From: Utricularia gibba
Lineage: Eukaryota > Plantae > Magnoliophyta
Assembly: GCA_002189035.1 (NCBI GenBank)
Contig: NEEC01000020.1
Coordinates: 1,488,001-1,552,000, forward strand
Direction: 5' to 3'
Length of the DNA stretch: 64,000 bases
The position numbers and the translations under genes are program-made. How positions within the stretch are numbered: the first letter of the stretch is position 1; every line of letters begins with the position of its first letter. The notes beneath the pieces were generated by a model. It worked only from the letters and a program-made list of their open reading frames with translations, ran no database searches and was not told the origin of the DNA. Positions 39,190-49,928 of this stretch are shown in pieces.

Positions 39190-40231
39190 GATTTGGCAGT
39201 TCAATCAAGTATATTTTGCTAATATGCTTCAAAGACTTTAAAATAAAGATGTGAACAAGTTTATTCCATGACAACAAAAAACAATTCATGATATAACTTA
39301 TCATGACATTGCAAACGCCAATTTAGTGAATGAAGACCAGAGCACTTCTAAAGATGAGGAAAATGCATTTGTCACTTTTTTTTCACTGCTATTCAATTTT
39401 GATTTTCATAACAATGTATGGGATCTCCAATAACAGAGTATTTGAAATGTTTGCTTGTATGTGGAGAGACTCAGAGCTTTTACATAATCTTTGGAAACAC
39501 TGATTGCATAGATTGAGAGTGAAAAAATTGTCTCATTTTATTGCAAGGTCAATTTAAATGTGGAGATCATTGAAAACCTTCATTAATGTTAGAAGTCGTA
39601 GCTTTTGAGGATATATGAATTTCACATGCATTTTTAATAATGTCAATTGTGAATAATGATTTAAATATCTTACAACATTTTCTTTATTAGATGTAGATCT
39701 CGGACCTATGAATGGGGATATATATTTTTCATTGTTTTCTGTAATAATTTTTAAAAATTGAAAAATGGATAATCTAAATGAAATGCATAATGGTATTGGT
39801 CCAAAAGTGCAATTTACTTTTAATGAAAATTTTTATGAAATGGAATATTATTTGGTTGATGGAATTCAACTTGATTGGGCTGTTTTTATGAAGTCCATTA
39901 CTCTTCAAGACCAAAAAACTTGACTTTTTGTTAAATTTCAGGAGAGTGCTCAAAAAAATATGGAAATCACTTTCGGTATTTTGTTTGCAATACTTAGAAT
40001 ACCTGGACAAGTTTGGGATAAGACTTAGAAATATTTTATGCATGTATAAAATATCTCCAGTAGCTGAAGGCGGCTGTCATAAAAGCCACCCAAGCCCATG
40101 TATTGTTGACGGCTGTAGTAAAGAGCAAGAGCTTCTGAACCTGAAGGTAATGCCAAGATGCTCATTCTACTCTTCAGCTACTGCTCACAATATCATGAGG
40201 CTCAAGAAAATAATGAATTATATTTAAAGAA
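39190..40231 (+). pseudogene. PIF/Harbinger transposase remnant
   Basis: GNTDCID*E*KNC...QGQFKCGDH*KPSLMLEVVA and GIGPKVQFTFNENFYEMEYYLVDGIQLDWAVFMKSI...FVKFQESAQKNMEITFGIL, then YACI..HN. This is the Plant_tran/DDE_Tnp_4 pattern, with stops. Confidence 0.85.
40058..40183. mobile_element. 126-bp miniature TIR element
   Basis: Perfect 12-bp TIR CAGTAGCTGAAG/CTTCAGCTACTG with a 3-bp flanking duplication CTC (40055-40057, 40184-40186). It interrupts the CIILHN-like motif of the Harbinger transposase. Confidence 0.8.
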
Positions 40232-40796
40232 TGATGAGGTGTTTGTCCAAATGAATACATTAGAGAAAAAGATCATTCCACCAGGACCAATGACTAGGAG
40301 TAAGAGCAAGATGTTTGATGATACATTTAAGGCTTTTCTTAATACTATTGGAATCAAACATGGACTTGAAGACATCTCATCAAAAGACCTCAACTACTTG
40401 AAGGTGGATTTATCTTAGAGTATTGGACTTGCTAAATTTTTCTATTTCATTTAGTTTGGGCCAAGTAATGTTAGAGCCCAATTCTAAAGTATAAATACTC
40501 TAAAGTTGTACTCTTTTATAACTTTTAGTTCATTTCATATATGTTGTGAGGATTCTCTTCTTCTTTAAGTGTTTGAATACTCTTGACTTATGAAGCTTTG
40601 AGCTTGTGGTGTTCTAGGATTATCACTTCCAATCTTCTCTCTTTTCTGAAGTGTGGCTCTTAATTTTCTTTGTTTCGAAGTCTAATTGCAAGAGATTCAT
40701 TCTCTTGAGGATAGACTTGGGTGGTTTTCTTTTTAAGCTTCAAAATCACCTCTTGTTCGTCGATTGTTAATCTCTATAGATTAGAGGGTCACATCA
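40232..40796 (+). mobile_element. Solo LTR of a CRM-type (centromeric chromovirus) Gypsy element
   Basis: TGATG...CATCA termini. The 5' part encodes GPMTRSKSK, the CR-motif-like integrase tail that runs into the LTR in CRM elements. TATAAATA at about 40490. TSD imperfect (AAAGA.a/CAAGA). Confidence 0.7.
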
Positions 40797-40960
40797 CAAG
40801 ATAAATAACTATGTGGAATGTCAGAGTAGATGCCGGGGATCCAATAGGAAGATGCGAATTTTCCCTTCGGAGGTTACCGCCTAAGTATGTGTTTGGGCCT
40901 TGAAGACTTAACTTGTACAGTTCATGCAACATAAGACTGGTTTTATTATTGAGTGTACAC

Positions 40961-43900
40961 TAAAGATGTCACTGGGTCTCGGTATACCTGGACCCGAACC
41001 GAAACTAACCCGAATGGGTTCGGTTTCGGGCCAAGAAGTGCTAATTTTTTTTCGGGTTCGGGTTGTTTTACATGGACCCAACAAGCTATCGGTCATGTTT
41101 GGGCTTAGCTTTCTAAAACCTGTTGATCCGGATCTGAACCGATGCATAAATATTTTTAAAATATTGATAACATTTAATTTCTTAATGGGCTTAATAATTA
41201 ATATATCCTTAACCCTAATTAATCCTTTCAACTTCTATATCCTTAACCCTAATTCATCATTTCAACTTCTAAAATCATCACAGTGGAAACTTGAAGAGTA
41301 TGTACTACATCATTTTCGAATTTCTATTTTGCAACACTTTCGTTTGTGGTGAATATTTTTTGTTTTGTTTGTTTCATCACAATGGAAACTTGAAGAGTAT
41401 GGACTACATCATTTTCAAATTTCTATTTTGCAACACTTTCATTTGTGATAAATATTTTTTTGTTTTGTTCGTTCAATAGTTATATAATTATTTATTATTT
41501 TTTTATGTGAACTACCTTTTTTCCTGTTTTTTGTTTACGTGTGCCGAGCGGTAGATGGTTTCTTATTGTGCATTTTTCCTGTTTTAGTTTTAGGATTTAG
41601 GGAGCCATAGATTGGTTTTTTAATGGCTAGTGACACTAGCTAGTCAGCACACCACACACCATTCGAATATGGAAATAAAATTATTTTTTTTTTTACAAAA
41701 GTTTCTTATTTTTCAGAAACTTTGATTTTTGATATTTTAATTTTACAATTTTCAATTTTCATGAGTTGAAATTTCAGTGTTTTTTCATTCTAAAACTCTA
41801 AATTCCTAATTCTAACCTTTATGTTTGTATTTTTAATTTCTTTAGATGACATCTCAGCAAGACAGTTCACTAACATCACTTCCATTATTGGGATCTCCAG
41901 ATCAAGGTAGCCGTGGAGTTGATGATGATAATGACCTAGTGAAAGCTGTTGAAATATGACAATGGAATCTCTAAAAAAAGAAAACTAAAATCTGAGATAT
42001 GGGAGCACTTCAAGCAATTCCATGATGATAAGACAAATGAATGGAAAACTCAACGCAATCATTGTCAAAAAGTCATGAGTGGAGACACAAAAACTGGTAC
42101 GTCATCTTTGAAAAGACATTTTAATGATACATGTCCTTGGACATCAGATACTATGAATATTAAGCAAGTGATTTTGAAGATGGGAAATGATAAACAAAAA
42201 ATATTGCACGTCATTAAAATGTAAATTTCTTTTATCAAATAAAATTTATAAACCTGATTCACATCAAATCATATAAAATATATGTATATAGTGGATTAAA
42301 ATCGAACATAAGGAGCTAGATGATTACTATATGAAAGTCAATGCATACAATCAGTATCACGTTAATAGATTTAGTCTTAACTAGGACTAAGGCATAAGTA
42401 TGATAAAATACAGTAAAGAAAAGTAACAAACTTCTCAACTTGGTTATTTTTAAGATGAAATGGGTGATGTCTTGAGATTCCTAGGAAATGTATGCTTATT
42501 ATTAAACACGCTCACATAAACCATAAATTAAACAACTAATAAACAAAGTCTAAGTCTACCTCTCATTAGGGTTATTAAAATGGGTTTCACTATTTCCCCC
42601 CTTTGGATCTATCTTGATTTGTTAAGGAAGTGACGTGACTTATGAATGATTAAGTCTAAAAATTGATTAGCACATTTCTCTCCTTTTCACCCCAAGTAAC
42701 CCCTAAGTACTTAGCCACTTATAATAAGGGAAATAAGAGCGTTTTTATAATACATCCTAAACAACATTTTGTTCTCAAGGCTAAATAACAACATAAGATA
42801 CGTAACAAAGCATAAACAGTAAGTTGTTCAAGTAGGGAAAATGAAAACTAGTCTCAGCTAAGAACAGTGTTCATCAATAACAAAAGTAAATCTTCAAATG
42901 GAAACTTATTCTTCTGAATCGCCGTCCCCCTCCTTCTTCCCTCTAGAAAAATTCTCTAGAAACATGTGTCGTGTGCCCCAATGGGGGAGCTCTTGTTTCT
43001 CTCTCTATCTTGTCCCTTTTTTATCCAAAATCCTCATTTCTCATCTACTTAGATTTTGTGTTCTTATTTTCAGACTTTTATCTTATCCTTTGTCATTACA
43101 CTATTCATATCTGACTCCTTGGGATTTGTGTTGCCGATATATGTTGCATTATTCAAAGAAAACTATTAGAAGTAAAGTTAGGACTAAATCAAAGATTTAG
43201 TCCCAACTAAGATTAAAAAAACACAACTACGGTATTATGTGCAAAAATATAGAATTAGATAGTAAAGTTTAAATATTAAAGTACAATATGAGTCATTTCA
43301 ATATATTCAATTACTCAAAAATATGTGTTATCAAGAAACTTTTGAAATATTGCAAAATTTGTGTTTGATCAAGATCAGTCAACAGAAAACTTTGCAAAAA
43401 TGATAATATTGCATGATTATATACTAAGTATGGCAGATCATGTTGGTTTTAAAAATTTGTGTATTAGTTTGAATCCAAGTTTTAAAACTATTACGAGAAA
43501 TACATTCAGGCATGACATTCTTACTCTTTATACCAAGTACAAATCCATGTACTACAAGGAGTTAGAAAAGGTAAAAAGTCGAATTGGTGTAACGACTAAT
43601 ATGCATACATCTCAGAATAACAATAAAGGATTTATGGCAATTACGGTTCATTACATTGACGAGAATTGGTCATTGAAAAGTTTTATTCTAAGGTATGTTT
43701 TATTTGATGAATATGATCTTAATAGTGATTATTGGCTATTGTACTTTAAATTTAATGTAGTATTTTTTTTCAGATTTGTATATCTTCATGCAACACATAT
43801 AGTAGAAGCAATTTTTGAAGTTGAAGATGAAAAAATAGAATCGTATGTTCAGGACTTAGATAATAAAATAATTTAGAATTTTTGATAATTTTATTTAATT

Positions 43901-44016
43901 TAAGTTGTTGAATTAAATTTATTTTTTATATTAATTTTGCTATCATATTATTTTAAGGTAAAACATAAAAAAATTTTGAGAATACCAGAACTCAACCCCG
44001 CCCATTGACATCTCTA
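40961..44016 (+). mobile_element. Internally deleted hAT element with BED-finger transposase remnant
   Basis: TIR TAAAGATGTCACTGGGT / GCCCATTGACATCTCTA (14/17) with CCGAA/TTCGG subterminal repeats. BED finger KSEIWEHFKQ...HCQKVMSGDTKTGTSSLKRH, then FDQDQSTENFAKMIILHDY...GFMAITVHYIDENWSLK. The flanking 8-mers GTGTACAC/GACCAGAC do not form a TSD. Confidence 0.85.
42188..43333. mobile_element. Solo Gypsy LTR inserted in the hAT transposase (same family as 3782-4957)
   Basis: Termini TGATAAAC...TGTGTTATCA with TSD GGAAA/AGAAA. Confidence 0.85.
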
Positions 44017-44487
44017 GACCAGACGGTTGCGCAAGATTTCGTACCATTGCGAAACCTCGTAACTGCAGCACAGCAGACTGAAGGGAAGGGAAGGTCATCC
44101 CAATGCAACTACGAGCCTCCGTCTTCTTCTTCTCTTACTGCACAAACATGTAGTAATAATTATTAATATGATTTCAAATGTCAGTTTTCAGAGACTTAAT
44201 TGACGCAAGTCAAGGAACGCGACGGGGAAGAAGATAATCATGATTGGCAACCGGTTGCTCTCCAAGGCAATTATTATTTTTAATACAGATTGTCTTCATC
44301 TGAATGCCTTCTCAACTCCAACTACGCAATTATTATCTTTGGTTGACCGACCGGCGACCGGTGTCTCGCCCCAAAGCCAGCCAGCCTACGCATCTTCAGC
44401 AATTAACACGGCCTACTAATTTGCCGCTGCCATTTGCTTCCTTCTTGTGAGTCCTTCAGACTTCATAATTAAGCTTTATCCCACCCC
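44017..44487 (+). promoter_or_regulatory. LecRK proximal upstream region with W-box and TGACG motifs
   Basis: TGACG at 44201, reverse W-box AGTCAA at 44208 and W-box TTGACC at 44343. These are motif matches only and function is untested. Confidence 0.45.
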
Positions 44488-46464
44488 ATGCCTATGCCTC
44501 CTCTTTTCCTGTGTCTTCTTCCTTTCATTTTGCGGATCTTCCCCTCATTGGCCGCATCTTCCTTCTCCTTCAATGGTTTTAAACCTTCAGATCTCGCCCT
44601 CGACGGTGTAGCGCAAATCCAATCACACGGCCTGCTCAGGCTATCCAACGACAGCGCGCTGACAACCGGCCACGCCTTCTACCCAACCCCTTTTCAATTC
44701 AAGGATACGGATAACTCTTCCGTTTATTCCTTCTCCACCCATTTTGTCTTCCAAATTGTTCCAGAAACTAGAGCAGTCTGTGGACAGGGGATTACTTTCG
44801 TCCTCGCGCCAACCAGGGGCCTACCTGGCTCTTCACCCAGAGGCTATATCGGCCTTCTCAACGCGACCAACAACGGCAACTCTTCTAATCACATCTTCGC
44901 TGTTGAAGTTGACACCTTTTTGAACCCCGAGTTCAATGACTCAAATGCTAATCATGTTGGCATCGACATCAATAGTATGTTCTCCATCAAGAGCTCTCCC
45001 GCTGGATACTATGATGATCGAAATGGAGATTTTGTTTCCCTTGGACTCAACACTAGCACACCAATGCAACTTTGGGTTGACTATAATGGGGCCTCTGGAA
45101 CCATTGAGGTCGCTCTGGCTCCCATGAACACTACCAAACCTAGAAGACCTCTCATTTCAACGAGGTACGAGCTTTCCCCCATCTTAAATCAGAATATGTA
45201 TGTGGGTTTCTCAACGGCTGCCTTTGTAACTTCACACTACGTGATGGGGTGGAGTTTTGCCATCAATGCCCAGGCGCCCCAGTTGAATCTCTCTAAACTT
45301 CCCAAGGTTGGGCGTCAGAGACCGTCCAGAGTTTTGGTATTTGGGTTGCCCGTTATTCTCGTCGTTTTATTGGCTACGCTTGTCCTTGTTATAACCTTCT
45401 ATTTCACAAGGAAGCGGAAGTACTCGGAGGTGATGGAAAATTGGGAACGAGACTACGTATCTCATAGATTCAAATACAAAGATTTGTATGCCGCCACCAA
45501 AGGCTTTAAAGACGACCAATTGTTGGGAAAAGGAGGATTTGGGAAAGTTTATAAAGGCTTATTATGTGGCTCCAACACTCAAGTCGCTGTGAAGAAGATT
45601 TCTCACGATTCAAAACAAGGGAACAGAGAATTTGTATCTGAAATATTTAGCATTGGGCGTCTTCGTCACCGAAATCTAGTACCTTTGCTAGGCTATTGCA
45701 GACGACAGGGAGAATTCCTTTTGGTGTATGAGTGTATGCCCAACGGGAGTTTGGAGAAACATCTTCATAGCGAAACAAACTCCAACCTCAGCTGGGCACA
45801 AAGATTTCATATCATAAAAGGCGTGGCAAGTGGACTTGTTTACCTTCATGAAGAATGGGAGCAAGTTGTGATCCATAGGGACATAAAACCTAGCAACGTG
45901 CTGTTAGATGAGAAATGGAATGCAAGATTGGGTGACTTTGGCCTCGCAAAACTACAGGATCATGGCTCCGACGCATCAACCACGAGACTTGTCGGAACTA
46001 TTGGCTATGTTGCACCAGAGCAAATACAGACAGGCAGGGCCACCAAGAGCAGTGATGCGTATGGTTTTGGTGCCTTGTTACTCGAAGTTGCAACTGGTAG
46101 GCGACCCATAGGATTACAAACTTCGCTAGCAGACTGGGTTTATTCTATGTGGATTAAAAATGAAATGCTAGGTGCCATGGATCCGAAGTTGAACGGTGAG
46201 TTCCCCAAGGATGAAGCGGAGTTGACGCTGAAACTTGGATTGATGTGTTCTGATCTTCGGCCTGAGGTTCGGCCAAGCATGAGAGACATTGTGGCGTATT
46301 TCGAGGACCCATCAACGTTGCAAGTACAGGAGTTTTCCATTCCTCGGGACACCTCGTATTCCCATGGATTTAACCAAGTTCCTCCATTGTTCCTGTCGCC
46401 GTCATCAATTACCATCTCGGGGGCCTTCTCCATTTCAAGTTCGCTTGTTGCTGGAGGTCGATGA
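44488..46464 (+). CDS. L-type (legume) lectin-domain receptor-like kinase, 658 aa, intronless, apparently intact RD kinase
   Basis: Signal peptide, then lectin domain (FSFNGF, FSTHFVFQI, GQGITFVLAP, NHIFAVEVDT, NHVGIDINS, MYVGFS), then a TM helix at about aa 282-306. Kinase motifs LGKGGFGKVYKG, VAVKK, HRDIKPSN, DFG and GTIGYVAPE are all present. It resembles LecRK clade IV/V receptors, but the ortholog is not assignable by eye. Confidence 0.97.
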   Translation: MPMPPLFLCLLPFILRIFPSLAASSFSFNGFKPSDLALDGVAQIQSHGLLRLSNDSALTTGHAFYPTPFQFKDTDNSSVYSFSTHFVFQIVPETRAVCGQGITFVLAPTRGLPGSSPRGYIGLLNATNNGNSSNHIFAVEVDTFLNPEFNDSNANHVGIDINSMFSIKSSPAGYYDDRNGDFVSLGLNTSTPMQLWVDYNGASGTIEVALAPMNTTKPRRPLISTRYELSPILNQNMYVGFSTAAFVTSHYVMGWSFAINAQAPQLNLSKLPKVGRQRPSRVLVFGLPVILVVLLATLVLVITFYFTRKRKYSEVMENWERDYVSHRFKYKDLYAATKGFKDDQLLGKGGFGKVYKGLLCGSNTQVAVKKISHDSKQGNREFVSEIFSIGRLRHRNLVPLLGYCRRQGEFLLVYECMPNGSLEKHLHSETNSNLSWAQRFHIIKGVASGLVYLHEEWEQVVIHRDIKPSNVLLDEKWNARLGDFGLAKLQDHGSDASTTRLVGTIGYVAPEQIQTGRATKSSDAYGFGALLLEVATGRRPIGLQTSLADWVYSMWIKNEMLGAMDPKLNGEFPKDEAELTLKLGLMCSDLRPEVRPSMRDIVAYFEDPSTLQVQEFSIPRDTSYSHGFNQVPPLFLSPSSITISGAFSISSSLVAGGR

Positions 46465-47359
46465 GAACATAAATTCAAGTATCACGTTGCCGATTCCCAA
46501 ACGGTAGAAATGGGGGTTCAAAAGATAGGAAATGTATTATGGGTAGGCGCAGCTGCATGCTCCACCAATCAACAGTTGATGCCTTCAGTTTACGAATTCC
46601 CATGTTTTATTTTTTTTTTCTTTTTTACAAGTATGGGTATGGGATGATGATATGATCTACAATACTAAATGCCCACCTCTTTCATTGACGACTTTGGGTC
46701 AATCCCCTGGAAATCACCTCTTTCACCCATGTGTTGTGTAGCGTTGGCAGGGGATTATCTTTCCCCTGCAAATTTCCTCTTTAAATACAACACGGGGGGC
46801 CTTTTCTTCTTTCTTCTTTCTTTCACCAGGCTGGCTTCTTTTCCTAAAAAGATGCTGAGGTTGGTCACCGGAATCCCGGGACCAAGCGGCTTCGGAACAG
46901 GTTACTCAGGGGATTGACTAGTGGTATTAGTGGATAATCCGATTGGAAATGATAATAAAATGCACATGTCGTAGCTCTAAGATGCATTTGGACATAGTAC
47001 ACAACCACACATTACTCTATTTCATGTATGTGGAACAAACCCACAATCAGAGTTATGTCCTAATACGAAAATGAAATGGATTCAATAAAAATTTTGTAAA
47101 ACATATTAATAAAGTAGAATCATATTATGAGTTGTTTCATACCCTAAATAAACTTGAACACTCAACAGATCCATTGGAACAGTAGATACATATCTCTTAA
47201 AATATCAACGCAATCCTCGGCTGTGGGAGCAGCAGCCATTTGATTAGGCTTACAACCATCTTAGGATACATTGAGTGTATCTTATACGCATATCATACTT
47301 TACTCAAGTGACATTAAATCTATACTTCATAAAATTTCGATCTAGTAATAATAAATAAC

Positions 47360-47627
47360 TAGTATGGAATAAAAATGCACACTTTAAAATATTTGAGTGA
47401 AAATATATATTTAAAACTTTGATGAAAGTTAGGGAATTTTTGTATCATCAAAAACATTTTGGGGTAAAAATATATTTTTCAAACATATGTGACATATTTA
47501 AACATTTTTATAAATATTTTGGGGCATTGTTGCATCTGTGTGTAAATTTTGGAGGTGAAGTGTGTCACATTAAACTCTTGAGGCATTTTTGATCATGTGT
47601 GTGAATAGTTGGGGGTAAAAATAAACC
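47360..47627. mobile_element. Mutator-like terminal inverted repeat (right end; partner TIR not found)
   Basis: About 7 periodic AAA(A/T)TTTTGGGG(T/C)A-type motifs (about 47387, 47425, 47453, 47513, 47545, 47572, 47603), ending GGGGGTAAAAATAAACC. Confidence 0.6.
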
Positions 47628-49476
47628 TGACCTAGTTAGAATATATCAATCTAAACTGCAACTTAAATTTTTACTATTGTATTTTCGATTGGAATTCCGA
47701 TGTATGTATTAGTGTTTCCTTTATTTTATTGATTTTATTTAAATATGTATTTTTAAAATTTATTATTGATGGGGCACAACAATTGTGACTATTATTTTCC
47801 ATAGGGATTACAATATAAGTAACATTTGTAATATTCTGGATCATTATTTTTGAATAGAAATGGATTTCAAATCAAAATGAAAACAAAATTCTTATACCTG
47901 ACCTCAATTATCATGATTTATATTTTTATACCTGACCACAACAAAGACAAATCATATATTTAAATTGCAAAGGGCAAATATATTTTGAGGTAGTTCAACT
48001 TTAAGCTCGATAAACGTAATATGATGTTATTATATAAAAAAAAGTGGTATTTTTTAATTAGAAAATGAATATCATGACCCAAACCTTATTAATTATTAAA
48101 AAATTATTTTCTCGATCAGTTATTCAAAAAAATTATTGCTTGCATTTTTCTAATAGATGGGTAAATACAGCAAATGTGCATTTGCAATGCTTGAATTTTT
48201 TTTTTTTTTATAAAGAAACATTACCACCTCAATGCATAGTTGAAGCACTTGCAATTTTTTTTCATAAATGCGCAGGCACCACAAACGAACATTTACAGTG
48301 ATTGTGAAAATTTTAATTTCTTTATAAAAAGCATACGCACTTTAATGCAGCATTTGTGGTGCTCACAATTTTTTAAAAGAAAATGGGAAGGCAACGTCAG
48401 TGCACATTTATTGTGATAATTTTAATTTTTAGAGAATGGGGTCGCCGAGTTTAGTGCAATCCACACACCCTCAACTTATTTTTTAAAAAATAAATTACCA
48501 TGTTGATTTACAAGAAAAAAAAAATTGAAAGACATTCAATGAAATCTTTGAAGTTTTCCATTAAAGTAAAAAGGAAAAGAATGAATAATTATTTGGATTT
48601 GATTATCGCATTCGCCAACTTGGTGCATTAGGGGCCAATGAATTACTAATTTTAGAAAATTAGGTCATGCGGTTTAATGCAATATGTACTGACCTTGTTT
48701 TTTTTTATTAAAAAAAATATTTTTTAAAATAAATCACCACTTTGATTTACAAAAAAGCATTTGAAAGATCTCTAACGAAATCTTTCAAATTTTCTATTTA
48801 ATTATAAGAGAAGAAGAAATATAAGTATTTGAGGGCCAATGAATCACTAATTCGTGTAGTTTGATTCAATCCATGAAGCTAATAAACGTAAATGATAAGT
48901 GATTTTGTGTTACTAATATTTGTGTTTTTTATGATTCACTTAGATGGGTTTTGCATTCTTTTAATCCTACTTTCCTTATCTTTTTAAAGAATTTTATATC
49001 TTCATACTATTTTGATCTTTTTGGAGTAAAAGTGTGTTTTGTGATTTTTTAGTACGAATTTGGAATAATTTGGAGGATTTTCGAACTACTTTGATGAGAT
49101 TTGGTCTATCCGGATAAAGACTCGGTCAAAGATTCTCGAATAAGATAAGATTCGTATCTTATCTTAGAAAATTTGGATCTTATCTTAGAAGATTTATATC
49201 AAATCTTAGAAGATGAAGATAGAAAATTTGATGTAAGTCCATCAAGAAAGCCCAACAAATCTCCACCATTATATAAAAATCCAAAGACGAAGATCAAAAG
49301 GGAGCCATGAACTAGATGTCGACCATATACTTTGTATCAAATAACAAATTCCTCCAAAGGACTCGATCATGGGGGCTGGTCCAATTGCACTGTTCTAAAG
49401 TAGTTTATGCCGTTAACTTTGATTTTTCAATGTCAAAATGCTTGCTGACTTGTATAGAAAAACATTCAACTTGTCT

Positions 49477-49928
49477 AACAAAGTGGGTCACAGTGAACAG
49501 CCCCTGGAAACTTTTTACCAAAAAAACACGTCTTGGCAAAGTTGTAACACATGTATGGGGCTGATGCCTGCCAACTATCGGAAGGTGAAGGAAGTTAGTG
49601 ATCTGATGATAGGGGAGCCCGTGATTAAAGCCTCAGTGAACGAAAGCTGTAATTATAACGATTCTAAGTTAGTGAAATTCATTTTCGGGTAAGTTCCAAA
49701 TGTTTAACGATCTGAGCACTATATCAAAGAGAGGATCGACATGTTTGTGAAAAATGCGGACTACCTATGAAGCTTGATTGTTCCCGGGAACACCTGCATC
49801 GCTTAGGTGGAAGGCGAAGAGTGCAATACCACTCTCGAATAGCTAAGGTAGGATTCTAAGCTTGTGTCAGGAGCTATGGAAGTCTTAGGTAAGATAGTGT
49901 TCATGCAACATAGGCCTCCTAAAAGGGA
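49477..49928 (+). pseudogene. rrn23: Duplicate of the plastid 23S rRNA fragment (NUPT)
   Basis: Copy of 27915-28366 at offset 21562. Confidence 0.85.

Larger units (their letters stand above)
25982..47542 (+). repeat. Large tandem direct duplication, copy 1 (about 21.56 kb)
   Basis: Sequence from TAAATTTTGGAGGTGAAG (25982) recurs at 47543. All ORF-track entries repeat at offset 21561-21563. Confidence 0.98.

Noticed and set aside
40158-40418. 86-aa ORF as an independent small gene
   Set aside because: It is a chimera of the mini-element end, Harbinger debris and the CR-motif coding start of the CRM LTR.
41932-41940. TGACCTAGT matching the 9 bp after the Mutator-like TIR (47628-47636) as a TSD
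   Set aside because: It lies inside the hAT coding region and is not followed by a left TIR, so it is treated as a chance match.
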